Below are positions 34,488-46,440 of a stretch of DNA of 46,440 bases, in pieces. The position numbers were made by a program, and so were the translations under genes. The notes under the pieces were generated by a model that saw only the letters and a list, made by a program, of their open reading frames with translations, did not search any database and was not told the DNA's origin. Every line of letters starts with the position of its first letter. Positions within the stretch are counted from its first letter, which is position 1. Source of the stretch: Elsinoe ampelina (Eukaryota); NCBI GenBank assembly GCA_010093995.1, contig ML992504.1, forward strand, positions 1,909,250 through 1,955,689, given 5' to 3'.

Positions 34488-36379
34488 CTAGAAGTGGGGA
34501 GCATTAAGAACAATGCCCATGATGACACCAGCGAGGGTTCCAGCAATGGGGATAGTCATGATCCAAGAGAAGACGAGAAGGCCGACACGCTGCCAGTTGA
34601 CCGCCCTCCAGGTACCGTTCATGAGACCGACACCGACGGTGGCGCCAGTGATGCACATGGAGGTTGAGACAGGAAGGGAGAACTGGGAGAAGACGAGGAC
34701 GGTGATGGCCGCGCCCATCTCCATCGAGCAACCACGAGAAGGAGAGTGCCAGGTGAGCTTGGAGCCCATGACACGCATGATCTTGTAACCGTAGGTGATG
34801 AAACCGATACAGAGGACAATGGCGACGACAGCGAGTTGCCAGGTGTCGACAGTGGCCTTGGACGCCTGAGCGCTACCAGTAGACCAAGCCCTGTAGATGA
34901 CAGCCCAAGGACCGACAGCGTTACCGATATCGTTGGCACCGTGGGCGAAGGAAGCAGTGCAGGCGGTCAAGACCTGGACAAAGGAGTACGAGTGCTCGAC
35001 CTCGTTGGGGTACTGGATAGCGTGGCTGTAGACACGGGCCATGCGATCACCCTCGACGGTGCCCTTGATACCGGCCTGAGCAGCGTGGATGTCGTAGTGC
35101 ATGCCATAGAGGAGACCAACGGTGATCTGGGCCGGCAGACGCTTGGCCGCCATGGCGAGGTTGTGGAATTCGTAGATACGGCCGCGACCCATGGGATTAT
35201 CGCGGAGGAAGCGGAGGGCCCAACCGATAGGAGACTTGGACTGGCAGAGCTTCTCGTTCACCTTGGCGTCAGCCTCGGCCTGGAGCTGTTCCTGTGTCTT
35301 CTCTGGAGCGTCGACCATGGCCAAGCTCTTCTCGTTGTCCTCGCTGCCCTTGACAGCGGCTGAGCGGGTCCTGGTCTCCTTACCCTCATAGTCGAGAGAT
35401 TCGGAGGAAGAGGTCTGGGCCTCGGGCGCAGGGGTGGTGGTAGGCAAATCGTCGTCCTGAACTACAGCGTAGTTGGGGACAGCGGCGTGGGTGGCGTCAG
35501 CGGGAGCCGGGCGAGACCAGAGGGCTGGGCCGTAGAGAATCATCCAGGGGCGAACAGTGTAGTCCTTCTTGATGACCTTTGCGTGGATATATGGGACGAA
35601 AAAGATGGCGGAGAGCACGGCGACACCGAAACCAGTGCCCAAAGTGACGCTGGCAATGTACCATGCTGGCTTCTTGTTGAGACCGAGGTTAGGGGATCCC
35701 TTGTAGACGACGCTGAGCGTGCAAACGGTGGCGGCGATCAGGAACCAGAGGGGGACGGTATAGACGGCCCAGGGGACTGGATTCTTGCGAACGTGTACGA
35801 CGTACTTGATCAAGCCGAAGATGATGGCACCGAAGCTACCGGCGATCGTGGGAGCCATAATGAGGCCGGAGAAGATGGCACCAAGACCCTTGCCGCCATT
35901 CCAACCCCACTGAACCTTGGAAGCTCCGACAGTGGCAACACCGACACCAGCGACAGCTGAAATGAGAGAGTAGGTGGAGGAGACATGAGCGGAGTGCTTT
36001 GTGCACCACATGACCCAGATGGAGGCACCAGCAAGAGCGCAGGTGAAGGCGAGCATCTGGACGCCGGCGTTGCCCTGGAAGGCGGAGTTGGGGATGATGC
36101 CGTTCTTGATCGTCTCAGCGGTACGAGCACCGACTGTTGTGGCTCCTAAGATTTCGAATATGGTAGCCAGGACCATGGCCCATCGGTATGAGATGGACCT
36201 GGAAGAGACCGAGGTAGCCCACGCGTTGGCGACATCGTCTGGGAGGAAATGTTAGATGCGTACTCGGCAAATCTGTTGCTTAGCTGTGTGAACGTACTGG
36301 CACCGTTGTTGAAGGCGTCGAGGAATGCGAAGAATGTGCCAATGGCGAAGATGTAGTCGAACTGGGATAGCTGAGGCAT
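34488..36379 (-). CDS. PHO89: PiT-family Na+/phosphate symporter (PHO89/pho-4-like; exons 36379-36298, 36238-34488; 610 aa)
   Basis: Both PiT signatures are present: GANDVANAWATSV (across the 59-bp intron) and HGANDIGNAVGP. Also SPSRG and LPVSTSMC. Confidence 0.94.
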
Positions 36380-36746
36380 GTTGACTGCTTCTGCCGCTGC
36401 TGTTCCTGACAAGAGACGGGATTGCAGTGGTCAAGCGATGTCAAGAAGAAGTCAAGACGGGATGTGTTCGTGGCGCCGAGAGAGAGCGATGGAGGGAAGA
36501 CGATCGATTATATGTGATGGAAGAATTGGCTTCGCAAGCCCACATCGCCTTCCTCGTTCGGGTGGAGCAGCACTAGAGGTGGTGAGGACCCCCAACGAGT
36601 AGAGGCGCGTTTCGACATGTCGACATCTGATTCGGCCCCGTTCTTTGGCAGCCGGCGGCCACGCCGGGACGCATTTCAAAGTGATCCAACGGTCTTTTGG
36701 CAGAGTTTGAACGAGAGTGGGCAAGAGTGAGCGGCGGTTGGCGTTA

Positions 36747-38065
36747 CTTGGCGGACGAGGGTACGAGGCTCGAGGGGAGAGAAGGCGAAGGGGAGGACTT
36801 GGCATTTGGAACGTCAGACGTCTCTCGTCCAAAGATTCGTCCCACGTGTTGCTCTTCTCTCTTCTCGCTGGTTCGCCCGCATCAAACCTTAACTTCTTCC
36901 CACTCGCCTTCGCCTGTTCGAGTTCCTTTCCAACCTTTCTTTTTGGCCACTCACGACCCGTCACAGACGGCCCAGCACGCAACACGTGCTTGTTCTTTCT
37001 GTCCGACTTCTTCTCATGAGCTTGTCGCAAAATCCTTCTCGGCCGATGTCCAGACGAGCTGAACAGCTCTGGGACGATGCAGTGCTTGCCCAGCTTGGTA
37101 CCTTGACAGTCTCGTGATGGTTTACTCCATCTGGGTCTCAGTCATTTGTCACAATATGCACCACATGGCCATGTTCAATTTCTGCATCTCCTAACACATG
37201 GTATAGCTTGATGATCAGATTGTTCTGCCAAAGCATTCACTTTCCACAACGGCTCAGATTGAAGAATTTTCATCTCAACGTGGGACGTTCAGAACAAGCC
37301 TCGAACAGTTTCAACGCCTCGTGAGATTCGCACGGGCGCCGCTCGGAGCCGCCTCATTGAGCCCTTGTCCAGTGGTCGTTCAATCTCCACGCCTCCGGAG
37401 TTCCGACCCCTCATAAGAGCCCTCATAAGCACGTGGGTTTGTTCTCTCCCACCCAGGGCGCGGGCACGTCCAAAATGCTGCACAACCTTTCGCGACTATA
37501 CACACAATTACGTGCCGCACCCGAGCGTATGGATGCCGGGTCATTCTAGACGACTTCCATCCCTCAACCGACAGGGTGTATTGGACGAACCCACGCGACA
37601 CCACATGCACGAGGTCGGTAGTCTTGCATCCACAATCTCGCGGAAGCCCAATAGTACCCACGAAATGGCCCAAGCATCCTTGTCAGACTCGCTGCGGTTG
37701 CTGCAATTTCGGTACTGGCCTCGCTCAAGATGGATTGTCTGTATGCTGTATGGACAGAGCACTACAGCTGTTCATGCACACGCGGGTAGCCATTCCGTCT
37801 GGGCTCTGCAGCTGTGCGGCGATCCAAGGATTCGGGTGCATGTAATGACACCCTACCTCACACATCTCGGGTGGGATGGCTGTTGCTCTGAGAGGTCGAT
37901 CGCTGGATCATTCAAGCTCTACGGCCTAGCGAGCCCAGAAGTCTTGATCGTGCCGTGTCAGGTCGATCTCTTCTAGAAGGTGAGGCTAGGAGAAGTCGAG
38001 AACAACAATGTGAGCATCTGCTTCGTTCATCGTGATGCTGGGCTGGCTTCCTGGAGTTGCACGTG
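36747..38065. promoter_or_regulatory. Putative Pho4/NUC-1 boxes and PacC sites upstream of PHO89
   Basis: CACGTG at 36843, 36983, 37430 (in GCACGTGGG) and 38060. Minus-strand CACGTT at 37277-37282. Minus-strand GCCAAG at 36747-36752 and 36798-36803. Confidence 0.65.
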
Positions 38066-38313
38066 TTGGCTCATCTCCTGAATTGGAGACACATGAGCGC
38101 TCGAGACCCTCGTTGCCCTTGTTGTGCTGTTGGCGTGGGATGAGCCATTTTCCGTCCATGTACTACAGTACCGACGTTAGAGCCACTGGTCAGCGCCACG
38201 AAATGGCTCGGACACAACTTCAGCAAAGCTTCGTAGGGGTGTGTCTGTGCTACTGCAGTCCTTGCTCGTATCCGTGGCTACACCCTCTGTGATGATGATT
38301 GCCTCTCAACGTC

Positions 38314-39909
38314 TCAGCCATGGTTCATACCAGGCAGGTCCCCAATCAGACTCTCTTCAACCTCCTCCCAATGCATCGCGCTTGGTGCCAGTTTCCTCTC
38401 TCTTGTGCGATTTCTCCCAGGTGTCGGGGTGATCGTCCCCTTCTCCAGTCCCTCTATGATGAGCTGCGCAACCTCACACTTCTCGACATGTCTAAGGAAT
38501 CGATCTCGACTCCTGCATACAGTATGCTTCATCTCCGACATAGCATCATCGTAACGATCATCGTGACCAGCTGCCCTTCCTCCTGTGAGCCGAAACAGAA
38601 TGCAGCCAAAGCAATAATACCCGTAGTCCAGACTCCCGTCGTTCGTCACTGTGGGCAGAGGCCAGGACGCGAGGCCGCGGAAGTCGTCGTGGTGGCTTTC
38701 GTAATTGAGCAAGCTACCCTCTGTCGATCCATGGCTGTGACACATGAGGGCGATTTGGATCTGGTGGTCCGTCATGCTCTTCATGCGGAAGGGGATCTGA
38801 TCGATAAATGCCTGGTGATATTGTTTCATAGTCTTGCCTTTGCTCAAAGCCATTTTCTTCGCGGCCTGCAAGGGGATGAGTTTTCTCTCCTTGAAACGGT
38901 CCAATGACGTATAAGTATCACGTTGCCATCGACAAGGCACTGTGAGATAGAAACCAATCTGCCTCAGGTCGCCCGCGGTGAAGTTGAATGCCTTCCTCAG
39001 GGTCTCGGCGTTGATGAGACGAAAGTCCTTCTTGATGCTGATGCACTTGAAGCAGGCTCGCTCAAGAGTAGGTAGGAAGACCCACTGCCCAAAAGATCTT
39101 CGGCATCGCGAGCAGCGCCCGTTCATCATTGCTTCGCCCGCCTGGAGAAATTTCACCTTGCGACGGCAGCCCACGGCTCGTAAGCCTGAGACAAGCCAGA
39201 GAAGCTCCTTGAACATCTTTTCGATATTTGGCAAGCGGTGCACCATGAGATTCGCACGTCGACAGGTCTGATGTAGTCGAAAAAGGCTTGCTGGGTCGAG
39301 CTTCGTGACGACCATGTCCATGATCTCGGGCGGGAGCCGATCGAGCATTCCCATATCCGAGGAGGCTTCCCCATCTACCCAAAGCACTTTGCACTTTTTG
39401 ATGTCCTCCTTTGGCACATCTGGATAGCTTCGCACTTCGTGTGGAACCCAGCTGAGTAGGTCCAAAATTTGTTCATCAGACAGCTTGTTGCTTGCGATTG
39501 ATCCGGTGGCCATAGTCGAGCTTGATCCAGCTCCTACTGGCGGACGCTGTCTAACTTGTTTGTGGACACTCCGTTTGACGGGAGGACCATCCTCATCATC
39601 TGACACCAGAGGGCGCTTCTTGTTCGGGAAAAGCCACGGATAGTCTTGACGAAGGCCAGTGTCTTTGGGCGGAGGCGCATCTTCATCCAAGACACTGTCT
39701 TCAGAAACGGAGGATTCCTCGTCGGGAAAGCCATCGTCGGGGTTCGCAAGTGATGTAGTTGATGCATCAGAATCTAGATGGTCGCGAAGGTCGTAGGCCA
39801 GAATTTCGTCTGCCGTAAGGTGCCTGGTCGAGCTCCCAGACCCATAGAGATGATTCGAGTATAGTGGCGCACCGGTCCTAGAGTTGATAGAGGTAGCCAT
39901 GTCACACAT
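38314..39909 (-). CDS. F-box domain protein with acidic disordered N-terminus and Cys-rich region (531 aa, single ORF)
   Basis: F-box GMLDRLPPEIMDMVVTKLDPASLFRLHQTCRRA, followed by CSRC..FG..VFLPTLERACFKC and a later CFGC..H..KC. Confidence 0.85.
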   Translation of the reverse strand: MCDMATSINSRTGAPLYSNHLYGSGSSTRHLTADEILAYDLRDHLDSDASTTSLANPDDGFPDEESSVSEDSVLDEDAPPPKDTGLRQDYPWLFPNKKRPLVSDDEDGPPVKRSVHKQVRQRPPVGAGSSSTMATGSIASNKLSDEQILDLLSWVPHEVRSYPDVPKEDIKKCKVLWVDGEASSDMGMLDRLPPEIMDMVVTKLDPASLFRLHQTCRRANLMVHRLPNIEKMFKELLWLVSGLRAVGCRRKVKFLQAGEAMMNGRCSRCRRSFGQWVFLPTLERACFKCISIKKDFRLINAETLRKAFNFTAGDLRQIGFYLTVPCRWQRDTYTSLDRFKERKLIPLQAAKKMALSKGKTMKQYHQAFIDQIPFRMKSMTDHQIQIALMCHSHGSTEGSLLNYESHHDDFRGLASWPLPTVTNDGSLDYGYYCFGCILFRLTGGRAAGHDDRYDDAMSEMKHTVCRSRDRFLRHVEKCEVAQLIIEGLEKGTITPTPGRNRTRERKLAPSAMHWEEVEESLIGDLPGMNHG

Positions 39910-40027
39910 TTATCTGCTAAATAGCGCCGGTTGAGGTCTTGCGAGGAGTTCAGCGATGGCTGGAGCTGCGCGTCAGACGCGGCAAAGCTGGTGCGAAATA
40001 GACGCGCTTCACGTGATCAGCTCTGCA

Positions 40028-41736
40028 TGTCAACCGAGGCATAAGCAGGAGCGCTAAGAAGACCCTGATTCAGTTTATCCTAAGGTTGAACTGAACACTT
40101 ATCTACTACTCTACTAATTCATGATTAAATTAGATAGTTATTGTCTTAATCTATTATTACTTAGAAGTTCTATTAATTTATCTATCTCTTAGTTTATTAG
40201 GTTAAGTATTTATATAGTTATAATCTACCTTAGTTTAGTAGAGTAGGCAGTAATTAATTCTTTTTCCTCCCCTATATAACTTAATAGTTATAAGCCTAGT
40301 ATAACTATCCCTATATAAGTATATTACTTAGTTACTTTCCTACTCTATTTATTAGTTAATTCTCTACTATCTTACTTTTTAAGTATTAAAATCTATTAAG
40401 AACTGCCTTAACTACAACTATAGGATTTAGGTGTTACTAAAGGGATAAATAACTATAGATACTAACACCTTAATAGCTAAAACTCCTATTATTCTTACTA
40501 TATTAGCTAAATAGGCTAGCTAGCTATATATTATTAAGACAAGAGTATTAAATACTAAGATATAGAACCTTATTAATCCCTAGAAGACTATTAAACTAGA
40601 AGAGCTCCCTAAGCCTTAAAGGCTAGAGGTAGTAAATACTAACTTCTTAGTACTCTTCTAGATATATAAGGAGGAATAAGTATAATATAACAAATAGTAT
40701 AAGGCCTTAGCTAATTTAGCTAGCCTTATTTAGTTATTAATTACACTATAAGTTCTTACTATTATCTAACTAGAAGGGGATCCTTATCTATAGACTATCC
40801 TTAAGGCATTAAAGAACAGATTTACTCTATCTAATATAGCTATTTAGCTCAAGGTTAAAGCACTCTAGAGGAAGTAGCTATCTAGCTCTTCCTTATAGAA
40901 TATAGACTATTAGCTTTAGTAATAGAAAGAGGTTATAGATAAGGCTAAGAACTATAATCTACTAGAAGCTTAAGGCTTAAGGCTATAGAGAGACTTCTTA
41001 CTTTCTATCTTAAAGACTAAACTAGTATTTACTAATAAGTACCTTATTAATCTAGATTTACTAACTCTACTAACTATACTTAAACTAATTACTAAGTTTA
41101 GANNNNNNNNNNNNNNNNNNNNNNNNNNNNNNNNNNNNNNNNNNNNNNNNNNNNNNNNNNNNNNNNNNNNNNNNNNNNNNNNNNNNNNNNNNNNNNNNNN
41201 NNNNNNNNNNNNNNNNNNNNNNNNNNNNNNNNNNNNNNNNNNNNNNNNNNNNNNNNNNNNNNNNNNNNNNNNNNNNNNNNNNNNNNNNNNNNNNNNNNNN
41301 NNNNNNNNNNNNNNNNNNNNNNNNNNNNNNNNNNNNNNNNNNNNNNNNNNNNNNNNNNNNNNNNNNNNNNNNNNNNNNNNNNNNNNNNNNNNNNNNNNNN
41401 NNNNNNNNNNNNNNNNNNNNNNNNNNNNNNNNNNNNNNNNNNNNNNNNNNNNNNNNNNNNNNNNNNNNNNNNNNNNNNNNNNNNNNNNNNNNNNNNNNNN
41501 NNNNNNNNNNNNNNNNNNNNNNNNNNNNNNNNNNNNNNNNNNNNNNNNNNNNNNNNNNNNNNNNNNNNNNNNNNNNNNNNNNNNNNNNNNNNNNNNNNNN
41601 NNNNNNNNNNNNNNNNNNNNNNNNNNNNNNNNNNNNNNNNNNNNNNNNNNNNNNNNNNNNNNAAAGGAAAAGTACTCTTCTTAGTTATACTAAAGTATAA
41701 CTAATATATTCTTAAGAATAACTCTAAAGTTCCTAA
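40028..41736 (+). mobile_element. Copia relic (Copia-B): putative 5' LTR ~40028-40286, PBS-like site, gag relic
   Basis: TGTCAA start at 40028 and GTTATAAGCC at 40287-40296. Gag-like relic (ELPKP*R.EV..YKEE) ~40600-40720. RIP density rises from ~40100. Continuation past the gap is inferred. Confidence 0.65.
41103..41662. other. Assembly gap (N run)
   Basis: Run of N characters. Confidence 1.
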
Positions 41737-44700
41737 TGTTACTACTATAGTATTAAGGGATAATAATAATTGTCTACTATTACTAAGAATATAGCTCTCT
41801 CTAGATAATTAGGCCCGAAGGTTACATAACTATAGGTTATATAATACTAAGTCCTAGGGATTTATAGCTATTCTTTCCTTCGGTAGATAGACTTCTTAAT
41901 TAATTAACTCGTCTATTACCTAACTAGTGTACGGATTAGTTCTATATAATACTCTACCTCTAAACGTGCCTTCTACTTAATAGGTTATAAGCCTAGAGCT
42001 TATAGTATAAGTATAGGATTATATATATAGTAGTTAGCCTACTACTTAAATAAAACGGAAGCGGAATTATAATATCCCTACCGCCTTATAGTTAACTATC
42101 TAGATACCTTTAGTAAGCCTAGTAGACTATACTATAAGTCGTAAAAGATTATACTACTTAGAACAACAAGTAGGAATAGTACTTCTATTTAGCATAGGTT
42201 TAACTCCTATAATTGTTCTACTATAGCTACTATTTATTAGCTAGATTAACTAAACATATTCGATTTATTAACTTCCTCTAAGGCCTAGCTAGCCTTATAG
42301 ACAACTATTAACTAGAGGTTATTAACTAAACTTAACCTTTATCTATTTATTTAATTCTCTTCTCCTTAGAGAACTTAATTCCTAACTATAGAAGATTAGT
42401 TCTTATCTTTAAGAAGACTAGTTATTAAGCTTAATAGACTTAACTAGAGAGAATAGTTCTACTAGATAGAAATATACCTTATAAGTAAGGATACCTTCTA
42501 GACTATTTATAGTTAGACTATCCCTTTAGTAATACTATTATCTAATAACACCTCTAGCTTCTTTTTAGTCCTACCTATTAAGTTAAAGAACTAGCAAAAG
42601 GCTAATGTAACTACTAAGTACTAGGTTATCTAGTATATCTTATAAGATAATAAAGAGTTACTATATAAGGAAGAGCTTATATTAGAATATTAGAGATTAC
42701 TTAAGTCTAAGTACAAAATAAACCTTAAGGTAAGCGTAAGGGAGCTAGTTATCCAATTTGTAAACTATAAGATAGATAAGTAAGACACTATTAATAAAGC
42801 TTAGTTCTACCTTACTAGCCTAGAAAGATAGATCGCTATTATCTACCTAGATAAGAGTTATTAGAGGGCAGTAGAGAGATTATAGTAGCTTCTCTCTTCT
42901 CTTCCTAACGACTATAGGTTTATAAGGTAAGTAATTAAAGTAAGAGGATTAACTAATATAGATAAGGTCCTTCTTATTCTTAAGGAGAAAGAGAGACGCC
43001 TTAGTAAGTATAAGATTACTATATTTACTAGGGGGAGACTAAATTAAGAACCTAGTAGAAGTATAAGCTATATATATATTCTCTACTTATAGGCTAGTTA
43101 CACCGTAACTAGATACTCTTAACTTTAAAGAGTATAGAGGTATATTTAGCCTTTCTATAGGATTACTAAGAGCTTACTAAGGAGAAGAAGATCTCTATTA
43201 GCTTCTAATAATCTAGTTACCCTTATTAGACATCTTACTAAGAAGGTTAATAGACTAGAAGCAGCATCTAAGTTAAAGAAAGGCAAAGCCTTTACTACTA
43301 CTAAAGGCCGGTCTAAACCTTCCTCTCTAATCTTAACTCTACTACCTAAAGTTCTATTAGGTAAAGAGAAACTTAAGACTATAAGCTCTATATTAGAGAT
43401 ATAAGGTAAGCTTCTACATTATTAGTAGATACTTAACTCTAGAGTATTTAACTATATAATAGATAAGCTAACTCTCTTTAGGGGCCTATTAAGCAAGATA
43501 CGTACTTAATAGATCTAGGTTAGAGGGGGTTACTTTTAGTTATAGTTAATAGGAACTACTATTATTAAGACTAAGAAGGGAGATAAGATAAAGATATAGG
43601 CTCTTTATATATCTAATCTTAGTATTAATTTAGTCTTCTATTATAAGCTATATATAGATTTAAGAGTTTCTAGAGTTCTTAATTTAAATTCTTTTCTTAT
43701 TCTTAATTTATAAAAGTAGCTACTACTTAAAGCTAGAATTCGAGGGGAGGTATATATTATCTAATCCCTCTTTAAGTAGTTAGCTAATTAAAAGCCGCAT
43801 TCTAGATCTAAGCCTAGCTTAATTCTAGATTTAGCTAATTAGGACATAGCATTCCTTACTACTTAGCTAGTAATTATATTATACACTAAGTATGTATATC
43901 TAACCTAGGATAAGTAACATAAGAATCTTATTAATTTAAGACTCGACAACTCTAATATAGAGTACTAACTCTAGTATAGGAGATTTACTTACCTTAGAGT
44001 TAAGAAGCTTAGGGATCTTTATAAGGTTATAACCCTTAAGAAGCCTATTAATTTAAACTATAATTTGTTAATCCTATATAAGGTCTATTCCTTAATAAAG
44101 ATAAGAAATAGAAGAGGTAAAACTTTATAGAGAAGACTAGAGGTTCTTTAGCTTATTTATACTAATATCTATAGCCTAATTAAAGTAAGTAGGGAAGGAT
44201 TTAGATACTTCCTAGAGCTTATAGATAGCTATTTAAGAATAATATAAATTATACTACTTAAGACAAGAGATAAAGCTCTATAGAGGCTTATTAAGTAGAA
44301 GCTAAAAGTTAAGAAGGAAAGTAATACTAAAGTTAAGGTTACTAGATTAGATAATACTAGTAAGCTTAATAAGATTCTAAAGTAGTAAGAGCGCTAAGAA
44401 GGTATCTATTATATAACTACTAAGCTATATAATTTAATCTAGAATAGACTAGTAGAGAAAGGTATCTAAACCTTAGAGAATAGTATAAGAGTAATACTTA
44501 AGGACTTAAAGATACTAAATAAGTTCTAGCCTAAAGTAGTTTAGGTAGATATATATCTAAGGAATAGAATAGTAACTAGACCTATAATTAATAATAAGCA
44601 AGTTATACTAATTAAGGCCTATATAGGTATTAAGCTATTAGTTAATTATATTAGAGTCTAGAGCTATAAGGTATATACCTATATAAACCTAAAGTCCCTT

Positions 44701-46440
44701 TCTATATATAGAAGAAAAGATAAGCTTATAGATAGAGAGAGAGTAGAAGTATTCCTTAGCTATATAGATAGAACTAATAGGATATATAAGATATAGGCAC
44801 CTAATAGGAAGATAGTAATTATATTACTAAATATTAAGTTTTCTAAATTTAAGAAAGGTAGGAATATTAATCTTAGTATTAAGATTAGCACTACGAGTAA
44901 TTAAGCACTAGTTAGGAGACTAATTAGTAGACTAACCTAGATCCGAGCCTAGCTTAATCCTAAGGTAGACTAATTAGATTAGCCTATTTAGCAAGAAGCG
45001 CCTATAGAGAGAATCTTCTTATATATCGAGATTCTAAGGGTTAACTCTATTAACCTTATAGAATTCTAACGTAGAGAAGAGCTAATAGTTTAATCTATAT
45101 TACCTAATTATATAGGTTAATTACTTAAGAGATTAAGAGATAAAGAATCTAATAATAAAGAGCCTAAGGTAAAGCATTATAGAGTATTTATTACTAAGTA
45201 TATTAATTAGTAAGATAAGGTTAATAAGATTACTATAATAGCCTCTATTAAGTAATATGTTCTAATTCTAAGAGACTACTATAAGGCTATTACTAATCTA
45301 GTTTAGGGAAGTAAGTAGTAGAAAGTAATTAATGTAGAGCTTAATACTCTAGGATTAAATAACATATAGGAAAAGGTTATTCCTCTAAAAGGATTAAACT
45401 TAGTAACATCTAAGTAGGTCTTTAATATTAAATACAACATAGATAGCTCTATTAAGAAGTTTAAGGCTAGACTTATTACTAGAGGCTTCTTATAGAAGTA
45501 TAATATTAACTATAAAGACATATTTGCACTAATAGTTAAAGTAGATACACTAAGACTATTCTTTACTATCGTATATATACTTAACCTTAAATATTATTAG
45601 GTAGATATTAATAATACCTTTATAGAATTATTCCTTAGGGAAGTAATTTATATAAGGCTACTACCTAGACTTAAGATCTAATCTAGTATTGCCTTCTATA
45701 TTCTTAGGAGCTTATATAGACTTAAGTAAGCTACTAGAGATTAGAATTAGTACTATATCTCTAAGCTTTTAAAGCTAGGCTTTACTTAGAGTAAAGTAGA
45801 CCTCTATCTTCTTATATACTATAATAAGAAGATTATTCTTTTAGTTTATGTTAATAATATACCATTTATAGCACAAAGTAAAGAGAACATCTAGTAGTTT
45901 AAGTAAGAGCTTAGTAGAATCTTTAAGATTAAGAATCTTAGTAAGGTTAGTAAAGTTCTTAGGGTTAAGGTTATAAGGGACAGACAATAAGGAACCTTAA
46001 GGCTTAACTAGACCTACTATGTAGATAATATGCTATAGAAGCTTAATATAACCTCTAATAAGGCTACTCTAATAAAGTAGCTAATAGATAATAAGCTTCC
46101 TTAGAGAGCTTAGACTAAAGATATAAGGTTTAGTAGAACTAAGTACTTATATGCTATTAGAAGCTAGATATACCTTAGTACTCTAATAAGACTAGACACT
46201 ACCTTTACCTTAGAAAGGCTTAGTTAGTTTATAGTAGATCTAATAGACAGTTATACTATTAAGATAAAGAAGATATTAAGATATATTAGATTAACTAAAG
46301 ATCTTAGTATAGTGTTTAGGAGGAATAGTAATAAGACTCTTAAGAGATATTCTAATTTAGACTATGCCTTAGACAAGACAGATAGAGTCTCTATTCTTAG
46401 ATACGTCTTTATACTTATAGGTAGTTCTATTAGCTAGATA
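41737..46440 (+). mobile_element. Ty1/Copia relic (Copia-C), running off the right edge; putative 5' LTR ~41737-41982
   Basis: PBS GGTTATAAGCC 41983-41993. *ILNSRV (=WILDSGA) ~43426. L*YRRFTYL (=LWHRRFAHL) ~43970. LIYTNIYSL (=HTDICGP) ~44153. RLDN ~44344. K*VFNIK and KFKARL ~45412-45475. YVNN (=YVDD) 45847-45858. YSNLDYA (=YSDSDYA, RNase H) ~46350. The LTR left end is tentative. Confidence 0.9.

Noticed and set aside
36452..38292. ORFs of 60-203 aa upstream of PHO89
   Set aside because: No recognisable domains; the region is better explained as promoter/intergenic sequence.
13434..39909. Secondary-metabolite gene cluster
   Set aside because: No PKS, NRPS, terpene synthase, tailoring enzyme or cluster transcription factor is present.
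13214..40027. Island as a Starship or other giant mobile element
   Set aside because: No tyrosine-recombinase captain gene or element-scale terminal repeats were seen. The boundaries are explained by ordinary Tc1 and Copia insertions.
1..46440. CRISPR array, rRNA, tRNA or telomeric repeats
   Set aside because: None recognised. Apparent periodicity in AT-rich blocks is RIP-generated TpA excess. A covariance-model scan would be needed to exclude small RNAs formally.

Overview
Filamentous ascomycete DNA, inferred from RIP-type mutation and short 46-59 bp GT-AG introns with CTRAY branch sites; the pectin lyase suggests a plant-associated species. A GC-balanced gene island (~13.2-40.0 kb) lies between two AT-rich blocks of RIP-degenerated transposons. 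The left block holds a minus-strand Copia interrupted by a complete 7.27 kb Gypsy chromovirus (198-bp LTRs, ATTAT TSD), then a complete 1.65 kb Tc1/mariner-type element (36-bp TIRs, TA TSD). The island encodes an alpha-glucoside-type MFS transporter, a secreted Cys-rich/GLEYA adhesin-like protein, a decayed inositol-transporter pseudogene, a 1550-aa secreted beta-propeller/Ig-like/4xWSC protein, a PAQR/HlyIII membrane protein with a 13-nt microexon, an uncharacterised multi-pass membrane protein, a secreted choice-of-anchor-B-like protein, a PL1 pectin lyase, a PHO89-type Na+/phosphate symporter with clustered CACGTG sites, and an F-box protein. The right block holds two Copia relics, probably nested. 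The most unusual observation is a RIP-fossilised, two-intron, antisense cargo gene inside the chromovirus (1489-2359) with a possible Zn-cluster-like Cys pattern. De-RIPed readings are manual reconstructions, and family calls come from motif recognition, not database searches.
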